The notes: a model not told the origin generated them from the sequence alone. A DNA stretch of 64,000 nucleotides from Candidatus Cloacimonadales bacterium (GCA_963662275.1 OY759316.1:256001-320000), one strand, 5' to 3'. Shown: positions 49,540-60,113, numbered from the stretch's first letter. Program-made: numbers and translations.

Positions 49540-51582
49540 ATGTCAACATTGAAAGATCACTTGGAAGCAAAACGCTTAGCTGCGAAGGATGAGTATATTG
49601 TTCTTTTGTCTGAAGTACAGAAAGTGATGCAGGATTATTCGGGGAAATGTGCCTCTTGCGATCCGTTGGGTGTATTTATCCTGGATTGTGCAAATCTTAT
49701 CCTTACTTTGGCAGAAGTGGAAACATCCCTCACACATGATTTTTATCAACAAGAGAAATTAGAGACATTGAGCCAGAAAAGTGAGTTCTTCTTTCGTGAG
49801 ATTCAAAAGGAAAACTATGATAATAGCTATGCGAATCCCGCTTATGCAGTAAAGATATTCGGTGAACCAAACGGTCAGCTCTTCTCCTACTTATATGTCG
49901 CTATCAGACAAATTCATTCTTATGCTTATATGCATGCTTATCATAAAATGGTTAAATTGATTTTGATGTTCCTGGATACAGTGGCAGCATTGAATAAACA
50001 GGACTGGAAATACGAAGAGTTGAAAAAAATTATCACTTCTCTCGTTATTGAAGACATTGAAAACACATTAACTGAGAATATCTGGACACGATACAGTCCA
50101 GAATATAATTTCAATAAGAGCATCGTGGAAACCAGTGATCTATCTGATTTGAGATATCTCTATCGTTATGGTGTTTACATCACAGAGAATGAGATAAAGA
50201 TGGCGCAATTCATGGCTAAGTATCCTGAAACTGACTTGGCGAACTTGGCTAAAGTTATTGTCCAATCATATGTTGATGGCTTTGTTGGTGGTAATCGAGA
50301 TTTATCAAAAAAGCAAACTGTTACCCTCATGATGAGCGTTGGTCAGGAAAGATTGATGAGACTGGTTATCAAAGAGCTTAGGGGAAGGAACCTTGAACCT
50401 CTAATGACCTCGATGCAGTCATCTCCTATTAATAAGCAATATACTTATGATCATCGATTTGATTCTGCTTTGTATTATTCACAAGAGTATTCAGAGGCTT
50501 TCCTAAAAGCATATAAAAATGCCCTTGAGACAACGAAAGATTTCGTAAAGGCAACTGCAGGTCCGATTTATGTTGAAACTTTCGGTGAAATTCCGTTCTC
50601 ACCTGCAAATAAGAAAGAATGTCTCTCTCTTTCAGAAGAACAAATGAAACTTAGCCGTGAAACTAATAATAAGACAAACCAGATTTATTATTCATATTAT
50701 AAGAAAGATGAAGTCAGTTTTTGCATCATTTCCTTCCCTTCTCCTGAAATTGGAGACAATTTTGAAGAGCTATTTGCAGAAACAGTGAAAATCAATACTC
50801 TTGACAGCAAGCTCTATGCCCGCATCCAGCAGACCATTATTGATACTCTTGACCAAGCTGATTTTGTGCATGTGAAAGGAAAAGCTGGCAATGAAACGGA
50901 TATTATGGTAAAGATGCACGAGATCAAAGACCCTTCTAAAGAGACAAACTTTGAGAACTGTGTTGCTGATGTAAATGTGCCTGTGGGTGAAGTCTTCACC
51001 TCTCCTCTCCTGGCAGGAACCAATGGTGTACTGCATGTGGAAGATACTTATCTTCATGGGATTCGTTATAACAATGTCAAACTCACTTTTACAGATGGCA
51101 TGGTTTCAGATTATACTTGTAAGAACTTTGATAATGAAGCTGACAATAAGAAATTCATCGAAGAGAATCTTCTTTTTCCGCATAAGACTCTTCCCATTGG
51201 TGAATTTGCCATTGGCACGAATACACTGGCGTATGTTTTTGCCAAAAAATATGATATTATGCATCTCCTGCCCATTTTAATCACAGAGAAGATGGGTCCG
51301 CACTTTGCTGTGGGTGATACTTGTTTTTCCTGGGATGAAGAATCAGAGAATATCAATCATCTGAACGGGAAAAAGCTCATTGCAGTTGAAAATGAAAAGA
51401 CCATGCTGCGTAAGACAGATCCGATGCAAGCTTATACACAGTGCCATACGGACATCACACTTCCATATGAAGGCTTGGATACGATATCTGCAGTTCGTAA
51501 AGATGGCTGCCGTGTTGATGTAATTCGCAACGGACGTTTCTGCCTTGCCGGTACGGAGGAATTGAATAAGGCGTTTGAATAG
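49540..51582 (+). CDS. M29-family (thermophilic metalloprotease-like) aminopeptidase with N-terminal extension
   Basis: NVPVGEVFTSP; IGEFAIGTN; EKMGPHFAVGD; CHTDIT; AGGAG RBS. Confidence 0.85.
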   Translation: MSTLKDHLEAKRLAAKDEYIVLLSEVQKVMQDYSGKCASCDPLGVFILDCANLILTLAEVETSLTHDFYQQEKLETLSQKSEFFFREIQKENYDNSYANPAYAVKIFGEPNGQLFSYLYVAIRQIHSYAYMHAYHKMVKLILMFLDTVAALNKQDWKYEELKKIITSLVIEDIENTLTENIWTRYSPEYNFNKSIVETSDLSDLRYLYRYGVYITENEIKMAQFMAKYPETDLANLAKVIVQSYVDGFVGGNRDLSKKQTVTLMMSVGQERLMRLVIKELRGRNLEPLMTSMQSSPINKQYTYDHRFDSALYYSQEYSEAFLKAYKNALETTKDFVKATAGPIYVETFGEIPFSPANKKECLSLSEEQMKLSRETNNKTNQIYYSYYKKDEVSFCIISFPSPEIGDNFEELFAETVKINTLDSKLYARIQQTIIDTLDQADFVHVKGKAGNETDIMVKMHEIKDPSKETNFENCVADVNVPVGEVFTSPLLAGTNGVLHVEDTYLHGIRYNNVKLTFTDGMVSDYTCKNFDNEADNKKFIEENLLFPHKTLPIGEFAIGTNTLAYVFAKKYDIMHLLPILITEKMGPHFAVGDTCFSWDEESENINHLNGKKLIAVENEKTMLRKTDPMQAYTQCHTDITLPYEGLDTISAVRKDGCRVDVIRNGRFCLAGTEELNKAFE

Positions 51583-51593
51583 AAATAATTGAA

Positions 51594-51743
51594 AGACCCC
51601 CCTACCCCCCTTCTCAAGGGGGGACTTTTTGCCAATAAACTTGTGAAGTGACCCCCCTACCCCCCTTCTCAAGGGGGATTTTTTGTCAATAAACTTGTGA
51701 AGTGTAGATTAATCCCCCCTTGAGAAGGGGGGTAGGGGGGTCT
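51594..51743. repeat. Second locus of the CCCCCCTT-AAGGGGGG element: two tandem left arms plus one inverted right arm
   Basis: (A)GACCCCCCTACCCCCCTTCTCAAGGGGG(G)A x2 with linker TTTTTG(C/T)CAATAAACTTGTGAAGTG, closed by TCCCCCCTTGAGAAGGGGGGTAGGGGGGTCT. Same ends as 9181-9476 but a different spacer. Confidence 0.9.
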
Positions 51744-51908
51744 GTTCCTCGAAATATATTGTTTTATTCTTCTGACAGTTCAGAATTCACCAGGATGTTT
51801 GGAACTTCAGCCCCTTTCGTAAAAATTGCATCAAATAAATAACTTGATTGAATTACCTAAATACGATAATATATACATGAAGATATCTCAATTTTTATTG
51901 GAGGTCTC

Positions 51909-53957
51909 ATGCGTTATTTTTTAACTTTAGTCATGTTGTGTGTGTGCTCATTCAGCCAGGCTGAATATAGATTAACAAAAGCTGATGCATTATTGCAGGA
52001 TTCATATCTGAAGTATTTGAATTATAAATCGGCATGGGTTCCATCCAAACAAATTCATGTTTCTATGAATAGAGGTGAACCGGTTTTTCATGTATTCCTG
52101 AAAAGTGATCTTTCACGTCCTGAATTGTTGAATTTGGGAATACAAACCCAATCACAAGCCGGTGATATCTTTACAGCTCAGTTAACAGCTTTTCAACTGA
52201 CCAAAGCCTTGGATATTGATGGCATCAAATGTATAGAACCTGCCATGAAACTTGAAGAGCTGATGGATATCAGTACATCCAATATGACGGTTACGGGAAG
52301 TTCAGGACCAATCTATGTTGGGAATAATGCGGATTCTGTGCAGAATCTTGTAAACCCCTATAAAGGTGCTGGTGTGATCTGTGCTGTTATTGATGGCGGT
52401 ATCAATTTTCGTCATGTGGATTTCAAAAACAATGGACAAACACGTATTTTGAACATTTGGGACCAGGCTTCAGGAACTCTGCCACACCCGGTAGGATACA
52501 CATATGGACGTGAATATACATCCACTAATATCAATAATGATACGTGTTTTCAAACAGCCTCTTCTCATGGAAATAGCTGTATCAGTATCATGGCAGGCAA
52601 TGGAGCGGCATCACCAGTAGGACGCAATTTGGCAGCCATGGCTCCAGAAAGTGACATTATCTTTGTGAAAATGACAAGCAATCAAGCTTTATATACGACA
52701 TATCTTGAAGATGGTGTCGCCTACGTATTTAATAAAGCAACAGAATATGGAAAACCAGCCGTCGTGAGTATCAGTTTAGGTAATAATTCAGGTCCTCATG
52801 ACGGTTCATCATTAGCTGTTCAAGCGATCGATAATTTATGCGGACCTGGAAAGCAGGTTGTTTTTGCCTGTGGTAATTCAGGTTCGACTAAAATTCATGG
52901 ACAATATGTACTTTCACAAAGTTCCGATCATACGTTTCAAATATCAACTCCTAACCCTATAACTATTTATAACCCATCAATCGGAATCGATTTTTGGTAT
53001 GATGGTTCAGATAGTATAGATATCTACATCACCCCTCCCGGTGGAACTGAATTACCCGTTATTCTTCCTCAAACAGCTCGATCTGATACAACCGCTTACG
53101 GGATAATCACTGTACTTAACGATATAGACGATCCTTCCAATGGAGATAACCGCAGTATTGTTTATGTTGAACCAAATGGATCAGTACTCACACCGGGAAC
53201 ATGGTCGATTCGGATGAATGGATATCATATTCAAAACGGACGGGTTGATGGTTGGAGTTATAGTAATGTTGGATCCTTTACTGTAGCCTCTGGTGGAAAT
53301 GATACTTATTCTCTCAGCAACATTGCTGCAGGATATAATACGATAGCCGCAGCAGGTTTTTATGGAGGTTCTCAATATTCTACAGGAGGTATCTATCCCG
53401 GGAGTAAGGGTCCTACGCGTGATGGCAGGATGAAGCCTGATATTGCAGGGAATCAATATGTAACAGTGCCGAATTATACTGGCACGAATACCTATCAGAA
53501 TCTTGCTTCAGGTACTTCATGGAGTGCGCCTCATGTGGGAGGAGCTATTGCCCTGCTTCTTCAGAAGATGCCAGTTGCTACCCCTGCTCTTATCCTGGAT
53601 ATTCTACACAACTCTGCCACATGGGATCAATATACGCAGGCAGAAGGCGCCAGACCGAATTACAGAGTTGGTTACGGAAAACTGAATGTGGCAAGAGCAT
53701 TTAGGGAAACACAACCGGTGACTAATCTTTCATTGGTAATAGTGGGTAATGATATTCAATTGCATTGGACAGCAGTACCTGGAGCATCCAGTTATAATAT
53801 CTATCGTTCCACAGATTCAACATCAGGCTGGCAAATGATTGCTTCCTTGCAAATCGGTCTTGAATATGTTGATACAGGCGCTGCAAGTATTAGTAATTAT
53901 TTCTACTACATAACCACAAATAAAGGTACAAGGTCAGAAATAGTACAAAAAAGATAG
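51909..53957 (+). CDS. Secreted S8 (subtilisin-like) serine peptidase with FN3-like C-terminal domain
   Basis: Catalytic triad VIDGG / SHGNSC / SGTSWSAPHV; GPTRDGRMKPDI; signal peptide; GGAGG RBS. Confidence 0.9.
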   Translation: MRYFLTLVMLCVCSFSQAEYRLTKADALLQDSYLKYLNYKSAWVPSKQIHVSMNRGEPVFHVFLKSDLSRPELLNLGIQTQSQAGDIFTAQLTAFQLTKALDIDGIKCIEPAMKLEELMDISTSNMTVTGSSGPIYVGNNADSVQNLVNPYKGAGVICAVIDGGINFRHVDFKNNGQTRILNIWDQASGTLPHPVGYTYGREYTSTNINNDTCFQTASSHGNSCISIMAGNGAASPVGRNLAAMAPESDIIFVKMTSNQALYTTYLEDGVAYVFNKATEYGKPAVVSISLGNNSGPHDGSSLAVQAIDNLCGPGKQVVFACGNSGSTKIHGQYVLSQSSDHTFQISTPNPITIYNPSIGIDFWYDGSDSIDIYITPPGGTELPVILPQTARSDTTAYGIITVLNDIDDPSNGDNRSIVYVEPNGSVLTPGTWSIRMNGYHIQNGRVDGWSYSNVGSFTVASGGNDTYSLSNIAAGYNTIAAAGFYGGSQYSTGGIYPGSKGPTRDGRMKPDIAGNQYVTVPNYTGTNTYQNLASGTSWSAPHVGGAIALLLQKMPVATPALILDILHNSATWDQYTQAEGARPNYRVGYGKLNVARAFRETQPVTNLSLVIVGNDIQLHWTAVPGASSYNIYRSTDSTSGWQMIASLQIGLEYVDTGAASISNYFYYITTNKGTRSEIVQKR

Positions 53958-54002
53958 CATTCAATCTATGATAAGGCAATTTTGTATATTCCAGTTAAAG
54001 AA

Positions 54003-54026
54003 AAGGGACGGCAGTTGCCGTCCCTT
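54003..54026. terminator. Bidirectional terminator between convergent genes
   Basis: AAGGGACGGCA / TGCCGTCCCTT stem. Confidence 0.75.
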
Positions 54027-54050
54027 GTTTAATTAAGATGAAATCAATTC

Positions 54051-55802
54051 CTAGAATTTGAATGAAAAGGATAAACGCAGGTTTCGATAAAAATCGGAAT
54101 TTATGATATCTACATCAGATTGATCGAAATATCCAATTAAATCGATTTGCAGCTTATCACTAGGCTTAAATCCAAGCCCATAGTTATATGATGTATAAGA
54201 ATCACGAGAATATTGCTGAGTACTTACTGACGCAAATTCATTTGGTTGAACTGAGATTGAGTTTAATCCATCAGAATCTGTATTGATAGTCGTTTCTGGT
54301 TCAGACAGAGTAGGATTTTCGGAAGAATTATTAATATAAGTTGTTTGCGTAAAAACTGAACCAAAACGAAGTGCCCACTTTTGATTCGTTGTAAACCAAT
54401 ACTCCAAACCAACGGGAATTGATAAGATATTTGAAGTGATTTCATCCTTACTCTTTCCTTTTGTAAAAGAGTTGGTTACGGACTTGGACCAGATTATTGA
54501 GTTATGAGGATCATATGCTTCATCATATGATTCATCATTCTTTACATTGCTGAAATCACCTGATGATTTTGAACTATAATGCCAATAACTAAATCCTGTT
54601 CCAATGAAAGTAATATCATTCAAAGGATATTTAAAGTCCGAAAACAAAGAATAATTCAAATTCTTGGATGTACCATTTCTTTTCGTAGTATCTTCAAACT
54701 TCATTGTAGAAACAATTTGCGAATCAGCAAAAACAGGATGAGAACTGAACCATGAGCGCGAATCAAGACGATCATAATCGGAACTGCCAAACCCGATCAT
54801 TCCTCTGAAACCCAGATAACCTTCCTGAATACGTTCTTCCATTGGGACAAGTAAATAACGGACTCCAGCCCCAAGATACATCATTGAACTGTTTTGATTA
54901 TTTTTAGTATCGTGGTTTTCAGATGACTTTAGCAGCGGTACGAGAAGGTCGGTATATAACATCCTATCTTTTACGGTACTCTCGACATCAGTGATATCCA
55001 TTTTTGCTTCAAAACGATATTCTGTTTTGCCTGTAATGATGGAAACTGCCGGATTAAAATTCCAATTGTTCGTACAAGTATTATTTTTGAAATTACCGGA
55101 TAGTTCATCACTTGACACTAATGAATCAGGTACATTTTCATCTTCAAATAAACATGCGACCTCTTCCTGGTAGAGGAAAGTAGGTTTTCCAGCGTCCATA
55201 CTTGTGAAAAGCAGCATATCATTAGAAAGATTTGAATTCTCTGTACTTGCAAATTCATGACCTATTTTGAATCCTAATATCAGATTTTCAGAGAGTTCCA
55301 GAGAATGATTCAATATCATCTCATTGCCTTTTGGTGCAGAAAAACTATTTAGATGCTGGTAGATTTTATGACGCCTGTCATACAAAAAGTTGCCATTATT
55401 ATCTTGATAGCTCTGCCATGTATTGAATACTTCACCGGAAGTATGAGTGACGCTTCCAGATAAATCCGGATAAAAATCGTATGATAACGGATCACGGTTG
55501 TCATAATATTGAATACCTAGAGCAAATTTAAGTCTTTTCAGAAATGGATTTTCACCGGAAACACCAAACAGGAAATTGTTACTTCCACTTTCCTTGAATA
55601 TCTGATCCTGAGAGCTGAAATTACTCAAGTTTGTATACAAACGATAACCATTAACATAGTGCAATTCAATAGGGTCTTGGCTCAAATCCAGATTATCATA
55701 CAATGCCCCGTTAGTCGAAAGACTGCGGAATGATGATATCTCCTGTGATACTAAGGGGAAAAGTAAACTAAGAATGGCGATTAGTATGAAAATCCTCTTC
55801 AT
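54051..55802 (-). CDS. Putative outer-membrane beta-barrel protein
   Basis: Signal peptide; alternating strands (IPVGLEYWF, YNYGLGFKP); C-terminal LRLSFSFKF. Confidence 0.7.
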   Translation of the reverse strand: MKRIFILIAILSLLFPLVSQEISSFRSLSTNGALYDNLDLSQDPIELHYVNGYRLYTNLSNFSSQDQIFKESGSNNFLFGVSGENPFLKRLKFALGIQYYDNRDPLSYDFYPDLSGSVTHTSGEVFNTWQSYQDNNGNFLYDRRHKIYQHLNSFSAPKGNEMILNHSLELSENLILGFKIGHEFASTENSNLSNDMLLFTSMDAGKPTFLYQEEVACLFEDENVPDSLVSSDELSGNFKNNTCTNNWNFNPAVSIITGKTEYRFEAKMDITDVESTVKDRMLYTDLLVPLLKSSENHDTKNNQNSSMMYLGAGVRYLLVPMEERIQEGYLGFRGMIGFGSSDYDRLDSRSWFSSHPVFADSQIVSTMKFEDTTKRNGTSKNLNYSLFSDFKYPLNDITFIGTGFSYWHYSSKSSGDFSNVKNDESYDEAYDPHNSIIWSKSVTNSFTKGKSKDEITSNILSIPVGLEYWFTTNQKWALRFGSVFTQTTYINNSSENPTLSEPETTINTDSDGLNSISVQPNEFASVSTQQYSRDSYTSYNYGLGFKPSDKLQIDLIGYFDQSDVDIINSDFYRNLRLSFSFKF

Positions 55803-57295
55803 TTTGAACCTCCCAAATTAATACTGACTTTCTTTCCTGCAACCGTATAGTTGAGGAAGATATAATCTAGCCAGGCACAGTCTTCGTTCAACGAATTAAT
55901 GTCATCTTTGATATATTTCCATTCGAATGTTACTTGGGAATTAAGAGAGTTTTCAGAATCAGGGCTATTAAATGAATGCGAATAATCTGTCCATTCTGTC
56001 AGTCCTGACCATTGATTCACTAGCTCAGCATCAATCGTGAATTTCAGATAATCGTAGTTCGGTTCAGAGCTTGTCTTATAAGCGAAATTAATGGTCATCT
56101 GTGTGTTTTTAGGAACGGAAACAGTCTTGCTGACAGCAGTAAATTCACCATTAATAATATCCCCGGAACGAATGCAATGGTTCCAACTATATGCATCACC
56201 TGATTGTATGAACCAATGCTCACTTGGAAGGGTTGAGTTTGCCACCATGCCAATCGTACCATTTTCAAAATCCATTGGTGCAAACCCATCATAATTATGA
56301 ACTGGAATATTTGAGCTATTGGTATGAGCTGTTTCAATGGCTGGCGATACATCTGCATTGATTGCTGCAACAGCATAGGTATAAGTTTTATTGATTTCTA
56401 ACCCGATGGAATCAATATAAGATGTCGCATTAAAACGATTTACATCTGCGATGGCAAGATAAGAAGAGATCGGTTCTGTATTAAGTTTCCGGTAAATCCT
56501 GAAACCAGTTTCACTGTTACAATTATCAGACCATATGAGTTTTACTTTTAATCCCGGATAGACTTGTGTGAGACTGTTTATTACTGGGACATTCAAGCTG
56601 TACATGTAATTAATACTATACTGTGATAATGATCTCACTACAGAGTTTTCGTATGCACCATCCTTATAAATGATATAACCATGTCCGCTTGATGCTGATT
56701 CATCAGTTATGGAATATTCGTAACCGACAGTATGATTTTCAAGTACCGTGCCAACGAGTGTCGTATCACTACTTGAAACTCGCTGGATGACAAAATTACC
56801 TGGCAGGTCTGAGTTATCTGTCCAGAGCAATTTGATATTGCCAGTAGCTGGAATGGAATAATGTACAAAAGTAGGAGCTCTCAGGCTGGGTGTTTTAACT
56901 GTCAGAGTATCATACCGGCTTCTTCCTGTTCTAACCATAGTAGCGACGGTATATGTATAAACATGGTTTGCCTCGACAGAATCATCAATATAACTGATAC
57001 TATCACGTACATTGAAAGTCTTGATCAGATTTCCATTACGCAAGATTCGGTAACCCAGGAAATCTGCATCCGTATTATTCACCCAGTGTAAGTTTACCAG
57101 GTCGGATCGAATATTACCGTTGTTGTAACCGATACGACAGGTCACACCATCAGTCATCAGACCACGATTAATAAGGGGTATCCTATCTCCATTTGCAGGA
57201 GTATAAGTTTCCATTTTTAACGGGTTTTGTTCACATGCTGTTAACAGAAATGCTAATGTAATAGATAACAACAGAAGATACACTAGGGTTTTCAT
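55799..57295 (-). CDS. Lipoprotein with fibronectin type III domains
   Basis: Start moved to ATG 57295 behind GGAGGT; lipobox LLTA-C; FN3 motifs LIWSDNCNSETGFRIYRK and YTYAVAA; stop overlaps the next gene. Confidence 0.8.
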   Translation of the reverse strand: MKTLVYLLLLSITLAFLLTACEQNPLKMETYTPANGDRIPLINRGLMTDGVTCRIGYNNGNIRSDLVNLHWVNNTDADFLGYRILRNGNLIKTFNVRDSISYIDDSVEANHVYTYTVATMVRTGRSRYDTLTVKTPSLRAPTFVHYSIPATGNIKLLWTDNSDLPGNFVIQRVSSSDTTLVGTVLENHTVGYEYSITDESASSGHGYIIYKDGAYENSVVRSLSQYSINYMYSLNVPVINSLTQVYPGLKVKLIWSDNCNSETGFRIYRKLNTEPISSYLAIADVNRFNATSYIDSIGLEINKTYTYAVAAINADVSPAIETAHTNSSNIPVHNYDGFAPMDFENGTIGMVANSTLPSEHWFIQSGDAYSWNHCIRSGDIINGEFTAVSKTVSVPKNTQMTINFAYKTSSEPNYDYLKFTIDAELVNQWSGLTEWTDYSHSFNSPDSENSLNSQVTFEWKYIKDDINSLNEDCAWLDYIFLNYTVAGKKVSINLGGSK

Positions 57296-57619
57296 ATCTA
57301 ACCTCCTTGATTTTTTTCGATATTTTGCAACAAATGTATTATAAAATGACATACCTAATCGTATAATCATTCATTTATTAGTAAAAAGGGCTTATTTTAG
57401 TATTTGTACTTAAAGCTTTCATCTTTTTTATTATGTTTTTTATTTACTAATGTAGAGAGTAAAAAAATAGTCAAGAAATATATTATGTTTCGCAAAATGA
57501 GATAAGCAGGAGATTGTTAAAATAGCATAACAAGCTACCTTGTTCACTGATATATCAGAATAAGGTTTTTACTGGAAATATGCTGAGAACCTTCAAATGA
57601 AGAAGAGTATGAAATAATA

Positions 57620-58963
57620 TTAGTGAATATTAAGCTCCTTCAGCTTTCTGGAAAGATTGCTTTGTTGCAGATTAAGAACCTCAGCGGTTTTAGAAATACT
57701 ATTACCATGCAATCTGAGTTGTGTTCTCAGATAACGAATCTCAAACTCTCTCTTCTTATCTGTAAAATCCTGAGTATCTAACCAGAAACCTTCTTCTTCT
57801 CTTCCTGATCTTTGTTCCAAGAGAGAAAGATCATCATTATCTATGATATCACTTTCGCATAAAATATATATTCGTTCTATCAGGTTTCTCAATTCCCTTA
57901 CATTGCCTGAAAATTGACGAACTTGTACTTCATTCAGAAATGCTTGTGTAAATTCTTTCGGTTTAACTTTCATATCAATGGCATAAAGATTAGAAAAATA
58001 ATGAATCAGAATAGGAATATCATCTGCATGTTCACGAAGTGCCGGGCTATAGATGGGAACAACATTCAAACGATAGTATAGATCTTCTCTGAATTCACCG
58101 TTTTTTACCATTTGTTCCAAATCTTTATGTGTTGCAGCAATAATGCGGGCATCTATTTTTTGTGTGATGGTACTACCAACTCTCTCAAATTCACCCTGTT
58201 GAATTACCCTAAGTATCTTTGCCTGTGCCTGTAGATCCATATCACCAATTTCGTCGAGGAAAAGGGTGCCACCATCAGCCATTTCAATCTTGCCTTTTTT
58301 GGATTGAATAGCACCGGTAAAAGCACCTCTTTCATGACCGAATAACTCGCTTTCAACTAATTCACGGGGAATCGCTGCTGAATTGAACTTAACGAATTGT
58401 TGAGCTGCACGATTACTTTGATGATGAATTGCCCAGGCGATGAGTTCCTTTCCCGTACCGCTTTCACCGCGGATGAGTACTTTTGCCTGGCTCTGGGCTA
58501 CCTTATCGATGACCTGGTTCAGTTCCCGAATCGTTTTACTTTCTCCAATGATGCGATACTGGGCTGAAAAAGTTTCTTTCATTTCCCGATAACTTTCTGT
58601 CATTTGACGATAGGATAAAGCCTTCTGAACAATGAGTTTGACTTTAGGCAGGGAAAGAGGTTTCTCCAGAAAATCATAGGCTCCGAGCTTGATGGCTTTT
58701 ACAGCGTCACTGATATTGCTATTTCCGGATATCATAATAACCGGTAATGATTTATCGAATTTCATAATCGCACTTAATACAGCTATACCATCGAGATGTT
58801 CCATTTTTACATCCAGCATGATAAGATCAGGTTGAAAAGTATCATACTGTTTCAAACCATCTGTTCCTGAGGTAGCAAATTGAACCGTATATCCTTCATC
58901 TTCCAGGATACCTTTCAAAGTCAAACATATGTTCTTTTCATCATCAATGATCAGTATTTTCAA
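57620..58963 (-). CDS. ntrX: Sigma54-dependent response regulator, NtrX-like
   Basis: Receiver domain; GESGTGKE; ESELFGHERGAFTGA; downstream of a HAMP kinase and DUF4390-like gene; TTG start with GGAGG RBS. Confidence 0.8.
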   Translation of the reverse strand: MKILIIDDEKNICLTLKGILEDEGYTVQFATSGTDGLKQYDTFQPDLIMLDVKMEHLDGIAVLSAIMKFDKSLPVIMISGNSNISDAVKAIKLGAYDFLEKPLSLPKVKLIVQKALSYRQMTESYREMKETFSAQYRIIGESKTIRELNQVIDKVAQSQAKVLIRGESGTGKELIAWAIHHQSNRAAQQFVKFNSAAIPRELVESELFGHERGAFTGAIQSKKGKIEMADGGTLFLDEIGDMDLQAQAKILRVIQQGEFERVGSTITQKIDARIIAATHKDLEQMVKNGEFREDLYYRLNVVPIYSPALREHADDIPILIHYFSNLYAIDMKVKPKEFTQAFLNEVQVRQFSGNVRELRNLIERIYILCESDIIDNDDLSLLEQRSGREEEGFWLDTQDFTDKKREFEIRYLRTQLRLHGNSISKTAEVLNLQQSNLSRKLKELNIH

Positions 58964-60113
58964 CTGCCACCTCCATTAAGATTTCAAACTTGCTTCCTTC
59001 GCCAATTTTGCTTTTCACTCTCACAAAACTATGGTTTGCATCCAGTAAACGTTTAACAAGTGCCAGCCCTAAGCCAGTACCTCGACTTTTTTTACTAAAG
59101 TAGGGTTCAAAGATGCGGGGAAGATCATCTGCATCAATACCAGAGCCATGGTCTTTAATAGTTAGAACGATGAATCCGTGATTCAATTCAAGAGAAATCT
59201 CAATTGGTGAATCCTTGGTTGATACATCCAGGGCATTTTGAAGAATATTCGTAACAATCTGGTAAAAATGCATTTTATCAAAGGAGATATGATATCCTTC
59301 CTTGATATCAGTAACAAATTGATAATTAGAACGATATGATCCGATAATCTCCGAAACTACTTCAGCAGGATCAAACAATTCGCTCTGGGGTTGATTAATC
59401 TTGGCAAAATGCGAGAACTCCTGGGAGAGAAGACGTAAATTCTCAATTTCCTGGTTCATGATATGGATGGATTCAGGGAATATAGCAGCAAATTTCTTAG
59501 GATCAGAAGAATACATTTCTTCCAATCTTTGAATCGTGAGTTGAATTGGTGTAAGAGGGTTCTTGATTTCATGCGCAAGAATGCGGGATAAGTCTTTCCA
59601 AATCATTTCTTTTTCAGCAACAAGTAGTTTTTTCTGAACCATATAGAGTTCGTGGGACATATCATTGAAAGAACGTTTCAATTCCTTCATTTCTGTAATT
59701 CCATTTTCCTTTAGATGAACTGAAAAATCACCACGCTTGATTCGTTCTGTTGCCTGCCTCATTTCTAACAGAGGACGACTGATCATATTGATGATAAATA
59801 TAACAATAAATGCGGAAAGCAACAAGATAAGTAATAGATAAACTGAAGAATATACTTTGGCTTCCTGGTTCGCTATTTTTACCAGAATTCTTGTTTCACC
59901 ATATTGTTTCATTACGTTTTTAGCTATCACACTATCAGCACTTGTTTTAAAATGAAGTTGCCCAAACGATTGGTCAAAACGATTTTTCTCAAAAGCGGTG
60001 GATATCTCCTGTTGTTTTTGCAGGAAAAAACGATAAACGATTCCCATGCTGGTCGTAATAAGTACTAAAAACAATAGGATCATGATTGATCGCAAACCAA
60101 TTCTAATTTTCAT
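58944..60113 (-). CDS. ntrY: Membrane histidine kinase with HAMP domain, NtrY-like
   Basis: Two TM segments, HAMP domain, WKDLSRILAHEIKNPLTPIQL (NtrY-type H-box), GTGLGL. Confidence 0.8.
   Translation of the reverse strand: MKIRIGLRSIMILLFLVLITTSMGIVYRFFLQKQQEISTAFEKNRFDQSFGQLHFKTSADSVIAKNVMKQYGETRILVKIANQEAKVYSSVYLLLILLLSAFIVIFIINMISRPLLEMRQATERIKRGDFSVHLKENGITEMKELKRSFNDMSHELYMVQKKLLVAEKEMIWKDLSRILAHEIKNPLTPIQLTIQRLEEMYSSDPKKFAAIFPESIHIMNQEIENLRLLSQEFSHFAKINQPQSELFDPAEVVSEIIGSYRSNYQFVTDIKEGYHISFDKMHFYQIVTNILQNALDVSTKDSPIEISLELNHGFIVLTIKDHGSGIDADDLPRIFEPYFSKKSRGTGLGLALVKRLLDANHSFVRVKSKIGEGSKFEILMEVAVENTDH

Noticed and set aside
49181..49570. 129-aa minus-strand ORF
   Set aside because: It overlaps the aminopeptidase start, its C-terminus is translated 11-mer repeat, and RBS spacing is poor. 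At most a gene remnant.
51343..51672. ORFs containing SPLEKGGRG / SPPLRRGVGG peptides
   Set aside because: Translations of the C6/G6 repeat, antisense to the aminopeptidase.
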